The notes under the pieces are model-generated. The model was not told the DNA's origin. It did no database searches and worked only from the letters and a program-made list of their open reading frames with translations. 64,000 nucleotides of DNA. Source: Lingula anatina (Eukaryota; Animalia; Brachiopoda). Positions within the stretch are counted from its first letter, which is position 1, and the number at the start of each line of letters is the position of its first letter. The DNA lies in the NCBI GenBank assembly GCA_051362555.1, contig CM120640.1, positions 42,882,788 to 42,946,787 on the forward strand, written 5' to 3'. Positions 22,295-36,979 of this stretch are shown here, piece after piece. A program made the translations under genes and the position numbers.

Positions 22295-25200
22295 CAAATA
22301 TCTGTGGAAATGGTACCAAAATTGTGTACAGTAATGCAGGTTAAAAAAAAAACTGGATAATTCTGAGCGACAAGATGCTTGGAAACCCTAATTACTTCAA
22401 TGCATTTAACTGGGGACCACGATAGTTGCTGTTAACCATATTAAAATTCTATTGTTTTCCAAGTAGTATTAACTGCCATGTAATTGGCCAATCTTATTCA
22501 TACATAAGATTATGCAGGACGTCGTGCATTCTGTCATCCTGTTGACAAGAGGACATAAGCATGTCTGTGAAAGGCAAATCTTACTAAATTTTTGTAATCC
22601 CTAGTAAGATCATATTAACTTGGAACTGTATCACATGGCAGTTACCAAGGTATTACTTAGAAATTGCTATGCTTTCTCAAATAATCTGGACAATTCCATT
22701 GTAATACCCTTCCAAAATTGCAATGAAAAATATTACAGAGTAACCCTTTCTGAATTTAATTCTCCATGTGTTAGAACCTTTACGAACCAACCTGCAAAAT
22801 CTCTCATGTAATTTTTTTTACCGTATGCCAAAGACTTTGGTATAATAAGTGATGACAATTTAATTGAGAGGAAGATGCATGTTAATCGATTACTAAATTC
22901 CCCCATTATATCCAAACAATTATGTCAAAAGCGGGGACTCCATGAAATGCTGTTGGAGAATTTGGTAAAATAAAAGCTGCCCAATACAATATCAAAGAAG
23001 TTTAAAGGCTATAAAAAAAGAACAATACAAGAATACATTAAAGATTTGTGTTATATTCAATAATTTGCACAACAAGTTTAAACAAGTTCTGAAGGTGATA
23101 GTAGTATAACTATAGATACCACTACGCACTCTTCATCCAAATGGACACTAAATACAAAAATACAGATCTGGGGCCTCCTTGTATCAAGTAGGTATATGAT
23201 CACAGGATGTTGATGCTTATTATTACATAGCCCCACCAACCAACTAAATAATATAGACATAACAAGGAATTCTAGAGGGCAATAAACAACTAATTAATAA
23301 TAACAGTTGTAAACTTCCAATAAATCGTATTCTCAGCTTATTTTCATATTAGGAAAGGGTAATGAAGGGATGCACTGCTATTCCACTTCATTATAACATG
23401 CAATATTAACCTCCTTACAGTAGTGTTGTGCTCAGAATAATAAACCCCCTCCCCATTCGTCAAGACAACAATATTACAATGTATAGAGTGCTTTTAGCTA
23501 ACTGTCTTCAACTTGAAGGATATAAATATGAAACGGCACAAAATATAGTTCACTTAAAATAGTAAAAATTGTTTTTTGGGTAACTTTAAACTGCAGGAAA
23601 ACTGAAATAAAAGAAAATGACATGAAAGAAATCCGGATGCAGTATCAATAATCACTTTTCATGGATACTACTGCCATTTGCTTTCTTGGTCTCTCAATTT
23701 TCAAATTTCTTATATGCCTAATAACTTAGGTTTGATTGCAACTGCATTATTCAAGATTAATGGCACAGAAAAGTTGATGAACATCTCAGACTGCATCATT
23801 CTTATACTTCACAAGTCCACATGCAGATTAATTCACCTGGAAGTTACCAAGATGATCAAGTCAGAACAGAAAAGTACAATGCAAAATTAATTCTAAATCA
23901 TAACATATTCATAGATTTCATGAAATCATGGCAGTGATACGTTTTTTAAAAAAATTGCTTTTCTTGAGCCTTCCCTTCACCTCTGATTACTGATCAAATT
24001 TTCTGTGTGCATTCAGATGCGGCATTACCATCTCAATAGCATTTCAACTGCTGGCCATTTTTTACTTGACTGTTCTGACCCTGGTTACCTTCTAAAACTT
24101 AAATAAAATATATATCTAACAAAATGTGGAACTGCATGCAGTAATCGTTCTGATTAACGATGCTTTCTATCCAAATCATAACTTGCTTCATGACTGAATG
24201 TAAATTAATATTTCTTCCTCATTATAATCCAACAACTTAATAATAATAATAACTACAGCATCTTGAGACAATGTTGCTGTTTATCCCATGCAAGGATTGC
24301 TAAATGTACAGCCTAAGAAATTAAAATAGCCCAAACTAAACCAAGAAGATACTTCCAACACAATCTGTGTGATATGCAATGCACATTTCTTAAGCACTAA
24401 GAACCCTCACATCACCAAGTTGCAATGGAACACCAACACTGAAAAGTGATCACTCAAAGGGAAGTCTTCGAATAGAAATTTGGACAGAAAAACCAGCCAA
24501 TCACAGGTACACGTTTCGAGCAAACACAGCAAACTAAATGGGCTCTCACTTTCCACAAGGACTGAACTACTTGCTACATACTAAGAACATTAGGTACCTG
24601 ACCTAACTGTGTCACAATCTAGGCTGTGGATACAACGATATACTGCTGATAAGAAGTGAGAGCCTCAACCAATACAGGCAGTCCCTTTGAATTACTTGCA
24701 AGATGGTGGGTATATCTCACTTAAAACCCAGAGCACTACAGTAGCTTGTCATCAACAGCACTTGCTCATCTGTATCAGTGCTGTTGTGACAATATCTATA
24801 GCAATTGTACAATATGAAGTATAGGGCAACTGTCAACTTACAAGCAATTACAAAATGAACTTGTCCCCCTCCCAATCAACTGTCCTACTACCACTTTGCA
24901 AAACTTCTAGTCAATACCAATTTTATCCATTAATTACTGAAGAACTCTCCACAAATAGTGAATGAACAGGAAATTGATCCAATATTCGCTTTATCCTATT
25001 GCTTCTGGACAAAGGAAATGTGCTTCATTTTATGATAGCAGAAAGAAAAATAGGAAAGAGAGGAATGAGCTGATGGTGGTCTCTTTAACATTGTGGAAGT
25101 TCACTCTCAATAGGACAGTGAATCGACATGTTTCTCTTATCCTGGTGCTCAGTGTCTCCATCAAATTGTTTTCACATTCCTTCTCATCTGGAGTCTTTCC

Positions 25201-25379
25201 TTACAGTGCATCATCTTATTAGAAGGGCCTTGGACATACAAAGACAGGGCAGACAAATTTGGACATCATCAGAAGTCCCCTTGATCCCTTTACATTTCCG
25301 ATGCTGGGACAGCCAGCGCCATCTAGTGTGTTGTAGCTATCACCTGTGCACATTCCCTCTGTCAATTGTGAATACTTCT

Positions 25380-28300
25380 TTATTTGCTGCTCTCCTCTGG
25401 TTCATCAACATCTTGCTCTCCACCTTTTTCCAAGAATTCATTGAAGATGTCCCGAAATCTTGTCCATGCCCTTTCTGGAATGGTGATGGCAGTGCGGAAA
25501 CTGTTTCGGGCCTGCGAGAAACAAAAAATAGTCTCCTTTACACTGTACCAAATTGGGATAATACTTTCAGTTATGTACATATATTACTTTGCTAACAAAA
25601 GTGAACGCACTGAACTCTGTTCCTGGTGTATTTAAAAAAAAAAAACAAATTATCTTTAAGTTACCAGTTTTAAACTCTAGACTAGTTGTTGATACACAAG
25701 TTCATGTACCTGAGACTCTACAAGGAAAGATATAGACAATTTTTCAAAACAATTCATTATAATGCTTAGCTAAATTAACTTATATTTGAAATAAAAATTG
25801 AACAGGCAAATGTGACTTATGGGTTAGTTGAATATTAAAAATAAAAACAAGAAAAAGTCTTGTTTAAGTTTGTTGTAACTGCAGATATGAAAATTAAGTA
25901 AAAAAGTTGGATACAAATGGCAACAGGTCAACTTCTAAAGCATAAAAAACACGATTACAAACCTGTACCTCTGAAACCCGCATGAACACCCCACGTCTGT
26001 TATGACCAACATCAAAGTAGAACACTTTATTTTCTGTTCTCAAAGACCTTGATTCTGGTAAATCTCCAGCAGGCTCTAAAATGTCAAAAACATAATAATT
26101 TAAAAAAATTCCATGCCACAAAATAGTTTATCATGTTCAGAAAATATCTATAATGTAATCCAAATGCTCAGATGCTACACATAAGTTTTAAGTGTGGAAG
26201 TTAAGCTAAGAATCAGACGGCAGCATGACAGACTGACTCTTGAGGGAGCAGATTTTGCTGAACTGAACCTCACTGTCACTGACCTTGTTGGAAATACATA
26301 CCATGGTCATCTGTGCCAAATTCATCGAGGAGATCCGTAAGGGCATCACGAAATTCAATCATACCCTGGGCTGGGATTGCAATTTGTGAACGAGGCCCTC
26401 CACGAGGAATTGTTTGTGATACCTGTGAAGAAATACAATTGAAAAAAAATTTTTTTTATGTTTTAGTTTAAGAAGTGATATCCTGAATCCCATTCTTAAA
26501 ATTCTCTATATATTTCAGATCTTGAAGGGGAAATAGGTGAGACATTAATAAAGTAAAGTAAAACAAAGTAAAATCCACTTCTTGTATACTGCACTCCACA
26601 TACATATATCGGTGTGGTTTACATTAGATGCCTGTCAATTTTTGGCCCCGATACAGACTGGGTGTTGACGTTCTAGCTTTCTGGGGAGGAAAAAGCCCAG
26701 CTGCAGTATGAGGTGATGAATGCTAGTAAATGAACAATATCTTTCACTGCAAGACCAGGACCTTTACCCCTGCTTCAACCCTTAAGTGCCAAGTGAGGAG
26801 ACAGCAGGTATCATTTATGAAGGACTCGTATGTCCCTGGACAGGATCGAACTCCAGCTCAGAGGCAGACACAAGGCCATCTGGTCTTAATATCAATATGT
26901 TTCTGAAAATTATTCTTACCCTTAAAAATCTACCCCTGGCATTCTCTTTTAAATCAAGGTAATATCTTCTGTTGTCTTTGACCATGGTCTCACTTTTCAG
27001 TTTGCCATCTTCAGGAAGGTTGTCAGTACTGGCAGGGCCTGTGAACAAAATAGTTCCCCATTTCAACAAACAAGTTAAAACATTAGAAAAGCAAAAATTA
27101 TTAGTAGATCAAGGTCAAGCCAAGGTCAATAGCAACTTACCCTCTTCCTCATCAGAATGGACAGTCTTTTCTGGGCCTGAAAGTAAGAAAGAAGGTTTCA
27201 TAAAAAACAACAACCAAGCAGCCACCAAGTTACGATACTTCATGGCAAGAAAGCTGTAGCAGAGGAGGATGGCTTTAATCAAAATTCAGTAACACTGAAA
27301 ATAATCAAGAACATGCAATCAGTCAGAAAAAATGTTAGCACATAATGCCATTGCATGCATCATTTACCCAAGAAGCCATGGTCATATACTTACACATACT
27401 CCTACATGTAATACCTAGCTTTACCTCCCCTAAACAAGATTTTGAAAACTCCACTGTGAATTGTTACTGTGTCATTCATTTGTAAATGTAATTTAGGGCA
27501 TATATAAAAAGCAACAAACTAATTGAAAAAAAAAATGACTATCAACTTAACATGAAACATATTTATGTTCTGTTTAGAATCATATGACCTTTTAAGGCCA
27601 AAAGGATATTTAATGGTGGGCACTGAAATGAACTGTTGTTAATTATTTTTAAACAGCTGAAAAAGTAAACGTATAGAGGAATTTCAATTCACTTGGATCC
27701 ACCAGATTGCATTAGCTTGGATTGAACAGAATATTGAACCATTTTAAGATTTCCCAGGACATAACAATTTATCACTTGAGACTATAATGTTATTGTGCAC
27801 CAAATGGAGGATCAGGAAAGTGATCAAGAAACAGCAGCACAGTCCACCTCTCAGAGTCCAACTCACAGAAACCAAGAGTTGGAGCTCCCATGGGAGTATT
27901 CCAGCATGGTGAGCCAGCCTTTCCCACTGGACAGGTGGAGGAAGGACTTCCAGTTAATATTCAACCAGCAGATGCCATTAACAGTGGAGCAAGATCATGA
28001 TACTTCATCGAAACAGAATATTTCCCAAGTTTGTTTGGTCGTAATTTTTTCCCCAACGAAAATTATCAAATCACGCTTCTTTCAAATTAATTACTTATTA
28101 AGTGAGCATCCCCTAAGCATGTTAGTTTTTCATTGTTCAACACATAAGTCTGAAAAGTGAAAGGTCTGTCAAAAAATTTCAATAATTTCAATCATTTGGC
28201 ACTAAATTAGTTTTACTGTTAAAATGAGAAATTGTTAGTTAAATGATAGACTTTAACTACATAATCATTACATAAGGTAAAACTCAATCCAAAAATAAAA

Positions 28301-31300
28301 ATAAGTACAAACTGTAACACTAAACAAACAAACAATATGATCAATTTGTAGTCAATAGAGTTCAACTAGCAGATTAGACAGAGAAACATTGAAATTTGGT
28401 GCAATACTCCACCTCTTCTTCTGAATTATTATATTTTAATATATTTTAAGAAATATTTAATAAAATGTATTTTAATGTATTTTAAGAAAAGTTAAGAAAA
28501 AACGCACTCATTATTTCCATTAAACATGTACTGTTTCTAACCAACCAGTTAATCTCTTAATAATCCCATTTCTTGTGCAGCACAAACAACAGGAAACTTT
28601 CAATACCGTGTGCTGCAAAAGAAATGTACCATTCCTTTAGTTAATTCTTATTACCAAGAGATGCATAGTGTTCACTGAATTCCGTCAGATGGTCCCGGAA
28701 CTCTGCTGCTGTGGACATGGCCAAGAGAAGACGGCTTTTCTTTCCTCCTGCTCCAACCTGAAACAGCATAGGCAGTTAGTCGCATACTCTCACATGTAAA
28801 TGTTCCATTAAACATATGTAGCTCTGAGAAGAAAATTTCACACGTTTTATCTTTTTTTGCATTACCACTCTTTAAAGAGGCTCCTTTAAACCTTCTCAAC
28901 CTTCAATGCTGATCATTAATACTGTTATTTTTTTTATACACAAGGCTTTCTTACCTCTGCAACCTTAATAAATCTCCCCCTTCTGTTTTGTTTAACATCC
29001 AGGTAGAATCTCTTCGACTGGATCTGCAGCGTTTTGGTAGCTAGCTCTTGTTCTGAAGAGCCTAAAATCATAGAAAAAAGAATATGTGACAAGTGACTAG
29101 CAACGTATCCCTTTTTAACCTAAATGATATATGTTTTGCATATAAAATTCAACCTATTTGAAAATTTTTTTCAATGCATAAAAATACTTAAATACTCAGC
29201 TACACAGAAAATTTTACAAAAATCCAACTTTTCATACAGCAAAGCTCATTCAAATTCAGGCAGGTATCTTTTGTACTTAGTTTCAACAAAATTCCTGTAA
29301 ATATATGCTCCCCATTCCATCTTTGTTGATGAACATGACAGGCATTGACAAGAAGCCTCTTTGGCTATGAAAACATTCTGGCTTTTTTCTCATTTGGGAT
29401 CCATTACTTCACTGGAAGTTTTTTTTATTACTTCCACATACACCTCCATTAAAAATCACTTTCCTGGGTGGTGACATACTTGTGACATGGATGACTAAGG
29501 CTAATGAATTTAAGTATCAATGGACTAGAATCTCCCACCAAGTATTCTAGTCACAAACTGAATTCAATATTCACAGCATACTATAGCTAGTAGCATTCCC
29601 AAGCAGAGAAGTCAGCTTGACGTAGGTGGTAGATGAAGATATTTAAAATCCCAAATGCTGATCAAATTACACAGAAAAAGAATCGATTCATATATGTAAG
29701 GAGATTACATAATGCCATTACTGTTACTCAACTGGCAAGAAGGGGCCTGAATATACTGTTCATAACAAAGATTGATTCCTGTCACTTGCTTATCTATACA
29801 ATAAAGCAAGAACAAATCAAACAAACAGTTCTATTTTTGCAATTTAACTTATAGAACCCCTACCTACTTTGGCTCACCAAAGAGTGAAAAAAGTAACTAA
29901 ACTTCTGATAAATAAAAGCACCTGAGGCTACTCTTGAGGGGGCCTTCAATTGATAGGGAGTTCACTACTAATGTGGCTCCACCCCTTCATTTAAATGAAC
30001 ACATCTTCTGGGAAATGAATTTCCTGTTTTTAATGCAGCAAATAAACCTCATCTACAATGTTAAAATTAATATTTTAATCATAGTTTAAATGTCATACTT
30101 ATGTGTCATGGTTCTGCATATTCTCTTCTTTCGTTGCTGACCTTTTTAACAAAGCCTATCACTTGGCTTCCTGAAGTGTAATCTACAACACCTAATCCAC
30201 CACTGCACAGCAGGTATACCAATACCCATATTATAGCCAGTGTCTGTGTAAGGCAACTGCTTCACTTATCAAGTCCTTTCCTCTATTTCACCAAATGTAA
30301 ACTCACATGAAAGAGGTTACTACTACTAGTCTCCCTCACTAAATTTACAAAACAAGCAGTTCACTCCATACTTTGTGAGTAAAATATTACAAATCCCAAA
30401 AGAAAACTTTGTGAAAGCTGCAGAAGCTTTTGCATTTTTTCTAATCTATTTTCAAGATGGAAATGGGTTACCAACACTTCAGAAGAACATCCAATTCATC
30501 TACTATTCCAAGCAGGGCTTTTCCCAGGCCATCCAAAATTATCACCTGTAATTCCCTACAAAATTTCATGTAGTCCAAGCCATCATGTTTCAAAAAATTA
30601 TTAGCCATCCAGCTGTCTTTGAAAATGGTGGCCGTCCAGTCCAGTGATACCAGCAGCCGCCCAAATGACGGCTGGACAGTTCGCTGGGAAAAGCCATGAT
30701 TCCACCTTCATTTATTACTACTCTTTTACTCTTAATACAGAAAATAAGAAAACAAAGTGGGTGCCTAACTAACAAATATAATTTATATGCACTATTTAAG
30801 ATATCAATACATAAATCAATATAAAGTTCCTCATCATTGAAGACACACCTAGCACATTGAACAGAGTATAATCCCAATTTACAGATTCAGATGGTCACTG
30901 TTAGCATAAAAGAAATTATCAGACAACAGAAATAAAAAGTCTTTCGTTTAAAAAATTGTAAAGGCAGTGGGAAGGTAGGGCACAATATCTAACTACCACA
31001 ATCAAAAATCACATCTGGACCTTTTTCACCTATGTTTTGGTACCCCCCCCCCTCCCCATTTCCCCCAACTTCATCTGAATTTATGCAAACCATAAAAAAT
31101 GTCCAAAGCACTTTATATACCTTTTTAAACCCAGCATCCTCCCACTGGAACCAAGGCTCACACATGCACATAAAACATAAGAACACTAAATTAATACAAG
31201 CACACAAGAAGATAGAGCTGTCAGCACACACATCAATTTATCAACCTGTCAAACTGCTTGACCTTAAAGTCCCTGCAGAGAACACATCAATATCAATCTA

Positions 31301-34300
31301 GTTAAAGAAAAAGGACCCACTTCCAAATTGTACATGTCAGTCCACACCTCATCCTACCTGGACAAGTATCTTTAATATACTGACAACCAATGTGTTGGGC
31401 AATCAAGGCAAAATCACAATTATGAGAATTGTTAGAAATCTACAGTATCTAGTCTAATTTCTCACTTCAACAACCACATTTCTTTCCAATATATAGCAAA
31501 AGGTCATTAAACCCCAACCTCCTATTGCTCTGTCTAGGTCATCTGGTGTTAAGCCTGCCCACTGTAGGTCATCCAGGTAAGAGGTCCACTAGCCTATGCA
31601 TTCTGTGTCACAGTTCATGCAGCGATAAATGTGAAGTCTGGACATTTTTACCTGGTTGGTTACCAACACAAAGATAAGGGTAACAACAGAAATACTTCTT
31701 TTTCCTACACTATGAATTCAACCCTATTTTTTCCTAGCACCTGGGTATCAACATAATGAACTAAGTCAAATTTTGACAGTCCAATGCATTTTTAACTCCG
31801 TCATATTCGCTTAAGTAAGTTTAAATCCCTTAAAAAAAGTGTAAAAAGGCATGGTAAGGAAGAGTTGCTTGCCCTTTGGAGGTCATTTAGCAAAATGAAT
31901 GTTCAACCCAACAAACAATCCAAATCCTGTCATTAAATGCAAACTGTTTGACATGTAAATGAGAATATAATAAATTTATACAATATCCAATTCTACATTA
32001 TGTCTTTTCACAAATAAAAAGACTGCTGCAAGCTAGTATGTTTGAAGCCATTGCAAAGGAGAGGGAGATTTCAAAATAAATTATGATCGATCTGCTTTAA
32101 ATGACTAAATATGTCATGTACAAAAATTCAAACTTCCATGAAATTTGACATCACGCACGAAGCCTGGAATGAATTTAGTTAGCTCCAAAAGAAATTTAAA
32201 AGAATCAATAATTACCTTTGGATACAGTGTATTGGATAAATGAAGGGTGATTGTGGTGTATCTGACATTAGGTATTAAGGTAAAAGTATTAAAATGCAAC
32301 CAGAATCTGATTTCAAGGAGTATCCCATGTCGCTGGTTAGCCTCCCATGCCTTCAAGCCCTTTAAACACTCATAATAGGACATATATCACAAATTCTGGG
32401 CATGAGATTCCAATGCCATAATTGTCAAATTTGTCATGAATTGTATGAAAACAGTCATGTCTTGTTTAGACACATATGAATAGAGAAACAGCAGCAGCCT
32501 AAATTTTGTACATCGGAAAATACATAAAAAGTTCCATTCCATGTCAAAAATATTAAGGCCTCTGCACTGACATTTGCAACATGACGAACAGAAAACATGA
32601 TGACACAAACATTGCCAAACAACATTGCATAATCCAATGTGCAGATAGAGCAAATCATGAATATCTTTGTTTTCTTTTGACCTCTGCTCGTATCCACCCT
32701 AAATAACTATTTATCTTGAGATATATGTTTGCTGCAGCATAGAGCTAATTTATCTTGAGACAAAATCCCTGTGTCTGCAGATTTAGAAGTCCAAAACATA
32801 TCAGTCTCCTTTCAATGGGAATGCATGTCCATCTGTTCCACATGGTATTTTATAAATCTCTGCCAAAAAATCTGGAGGTTGGGTGTGGCTCCTTTTTAGA
32901 CAAAACAATGGAAGACAGGTACACATGCCCTCTTGAATGTGAAATGGTATATGGCTACCATCATCAACAAGTGCTCAACGCTATGGAACAACCCTCACTG
33001 TCCAAGTATGTGCTATACAAAGGCATAACTTGATTGTATCAGAAAATAAATTATCTTGTTCATTCAGATATCTTCTCCTTCCAGAACATTTATATAATTT
33101 TAAATCTCGAGTTAAAACCCATACTCATAAAGCAACGTTCAAATATATATATCATAATAGCTGTTTTAAAAGTATATAAATCTTCTACGCAGAACAAACT
33201 GACACAGAGCCCCCATAGAGAATATAGTGCTGCATCCCAAATGACATACAGACTAGCTGAAATATGGGTTCAAATTTAAAGGCTGGTTTTTATAAAGGAT
33301 ATAATGTACCTAATTAAAATTAAGTTAAAAAATGATACAAACCCAATGTTAGTAATCAAATATTTTTATACTTTAATCTGTGGAATAGCAGGACTCTATA
33401 CTTTGCTTATATCCATAACCCCTGTCTGCATCTATTCCAACTTTTATATTATTATTATTTTTCTTTCTTTTAAACACAACTTATAGACAACATGCAATTT
33501 TGGCACAAAAGTGAGAGGGTTGAGAAACAGAAATTAACAAATTTCCCTAGCACCATCATTTTCTATCCTTTACCTGGATCGTGACTCTACAGAATGGTGT
33601 TACAAACTCACAACTGTCCTTTTAGTACTTTTTCCTTTAATTTGCCTTAAGACACGTGAACATTCATATGCATTCCTTGCATTTTCATTTCCTGCAGTTT
33701 TTTTTTTCTTTCAGCAGATATATAAACTTCATCATTCTAAAAGGACATAATATGCTTTTGGAACATATCTACAGCCTATCTTCAAAAAAGAAAATAAATA
33801 AAAAAATAAAATAATAATAAAATGAAGAAAATGTAACACAAAAACCAAAAATCCCACATGTACCACCAGACCAACATTTTTCAAAAATAAGACCTTGCAT
33901 TCTTCTACATCACATAAAGATCATAAATTAGATAATTTAATCTCATTTGACAGAGAAAGATCTTCCAAAGATATAAAAACCAAAATTTAATAGAAAATTC
34001 TGCATATCACCCCCTCCCCCTCTATTCCAAATTGAGATAGCTAAAACCACATTCTATCAATTGCAATTTTCAGTAAGCCCATCAAAACAAGGCTTGATGA
34101 TGTTGTATCACAGAAAGTATCAACTCGTTCTTTTTCAAAACGCCATGGTTGACAGGACTACAAGAACTCACTGTCACTTTAATAAGTTATACAGCACAAC
34201 CTATATACAGCTCATACATAGTTACTTTAAATAAGTATTAACAGGACTTAAAATCAGTTCAACCATGGTTATAAATCCACTCCCTAATCAAGCTGACTAA

Positions 34301-34566
34301 ATAAAAGATCCCTGTGGTTATTCCTATCAATATTCAGAGATTTAAAAACTATGGTGATCCCATAGTGGATGGCCTTGCAATAAATGAAGAAGAAATGCAC
34401 ACCTGCAGCTGTTTTACACTATGTAATGCTAATAATCCACTCTGTTAGAAAAATTCAATGACAATTTAACATGCCCAACTGATCCACAAAGGTATACAAC
34501 TGTAGTAGTACTTGTATTTAGATTACACTAGTCCATTAAAGCTATATTGAATCTAATCACTCAAAG

Positions 34567-34656
<90 letters not shown>

Positions 34657-35896
34657 GTGCACAAGTAACGTACTTGAGTGAAACCATTTTATCTATAACT
34701 TAAAACATACGGTCTTTGCCACTAGTTTAACATAAATTTTTTTGCTCAACTTCATTGATTTCACTTTCAATGTATGTTACTATGCTATTGTTTGGATCAT
34801 CTACATGTACTAAGGCATGGCTCTCAAAATTGTCCAAGCATGTGCCTCCTGGTACAAATCTGATCAGCAAATGTTTTAAAGTACACATGGATAGTTTTTA
34901 AGTTAGTCATTCACACTCCTTTCTCAATTCAAGGTGACCACAAATTGAATGTCAAAATAAAACAAATTTTGCAAGCAATACATCAGCAAATTAGAGTCAC
35001 CATCCCTTTTAACCACAAAACTCCAAAAATATTTTAACCCAAACCCCACCATGGGTTTAACTGAGGAGACTATCTCAATATTTAAGAGAAATGACTTGCA
35101 CTGTTTTCCATTCACACAAATAGTTTAAAAGCATATTGTGATCCCTCATAAACATCATCATTTACACAGTGTTCCTATATCTATGCTTGTACTCTCGTCA
35201 TACTGGCAATCTACTTTAAAACATAACAAGTCTCCTCAATAACACAACAAACGTATAGGGGAGTTATCAGTCACTGCAACAACAGAAGTCTACCAAATCC
35301 CCCTCCTGTCAAATTCTCACAGTGACAGTATGCTCAACCTTTATATGATGCGTGGTATATAACATGTGTGACAAGTGTATGTTTCATGTTTCCCATTTAA
35401 TATTTATGTAGAAGCTTATCATCTGCATCACACTGTCTAATGCAACAGTTAATTAGACAAATATACCTAAAGCATGCTTGTAATTTATGCACAAACAAAC
35501 TCTTGAACGCCATTTTGATTTAGGTACAGATGCAATTGACAGCAACAACAACGTTTCAATTAAACATATACTTTAATGATACTACGCATGTTATATTATT
35601 AAGAAAACTTACATATCAGGTTATCAGATGATAAGCAAGGGGGCTTTGTAAAAAACAGCTGTCACCAGCTGTCAAACTGTTCACCCCAGGACCAGGGTCC
35701 AACTTGGACACCGCAACGCAAGAAGTGACCACCCAACATATATAACAGGATTGTCAAGCATGCGTGGCAGGCAAAATCATATAACTGAGGCGAATGTGGG
35801 GAGCAAGGGACCATGTTATTTGTATAAGTGCGTTTGTTCAATGCTGTTACCTCTACCCTGCACCTGCTGCTGCTCATCACTCTCTCGATCCGACAT
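25380..35896 (-). CDS. PURA: Pur-alpha family protein; exons 35896-35857, 29061-28955, 28757-28655, (27176-27141 cassette), 27038-26920, 26422-26302, 26075-25969, 25511-25380
   Basis: Three PUR repeats: [94 protein letters not shown]; N-terminus MSDRESDEQ; phases consistent. Confidence 0.93.
34569..34650. repeat. (AT)n microsatellite
   Basis: Direct reading. Confidence 0.97.
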
Positions 35897-36979
35897 GATT
35901 CTGCCCTTCCTCCGCAATCGCTGGCCTCCTTCTGAAACTCCTGAATTATTCATAAGCTACTCTCAAATCCCATGTTTGTATGCTTTTGTAATGAAAATAA
36001 CACTTGATGTATCCAATTGAATGTTTTCTCGAAGATGTAATAATAAAATAAAATTAAAAAAGAAAAATATGGAATTATCATCTAAATAAATTGCGATAAT
36101 TATTTCTTTTGCTTAATCATTTCAAAATGACAAGAGATTAAAAAATTAAATAGGCCAAGTAATTCTAAAATTTGATTGGTTGCTTCTGTTTTTGTTCTAA
36201 GTAGGTCAAGTTGTTGCATGGGTGAAACGAAGTGTGCCATGAGTGGTAACTTGTTCACAATGTTTACGTTCTAGAACCAGAACAACTTAAAATGAATGGG
36301 AAACTTTTTTTAATGTTTTGTGTATTTTATTTTGTAATTCATTTAAATTTATCTATCCATGTTATTTATCACTGTCGTTTTTTACGCCATATAATTTTCA
36401 TGACTTTTTTCAAAAAACCATCTCCGATAATTGTTTTAAAATTTTGTAATGACATGTATGATAAAGAGAAATCTAGATTAAATTTTTGTGAGACTAAATT
36501 TTTATATGATTTTATTATTTTCAATTATTAGTATTATAACACTTGTTATTAATTTTTTAATTGCCAATTCATGCAGAAATGTTTTATATTAAAATGACTT
36601 CTACAATTTTTTTTTTTTTTTTTGGGGGGGGGAGATATAAAAAAATACAATGCTGATAAAACTTGGAACATTTGCTAATTTTAATTAAAATTGTAATTGT
36701 TTAGTTATATATTTCTTCTTTTGAACAAATATTTGAGGTTTTTGTATGATTTTCAGACATTTTGTGACATATTGCTATTGTAATATATTTTTGTTTTCAG
36801 TTGGTGATTGAAATATTTTTGCTGTAAAAAGTATTTTTAAATTACCCGCTCTTGAATACCTGTTATTTAAAAACATCATTCAAACACAGTTTGCTCCTCT
36901 GTTTGCCTTCTTTTCACTAATAGTTTATCACTTATTTACTTAAGATCAGTCTCAGAAGCTGAGGGGAAGACTTATAGAA

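Noticed and set aside
27795-28160. 121-aa + strand ORF inside a Pur-alpha intron
   Set aside because: No motifs and no spliced partners; possibly a repeat remnant.
35605-35640. Faint similarity to U2 snRNA stem II on the minus strand
   Set aside because: Only a short, gapped match with no branch-point pairing region or Sm site.
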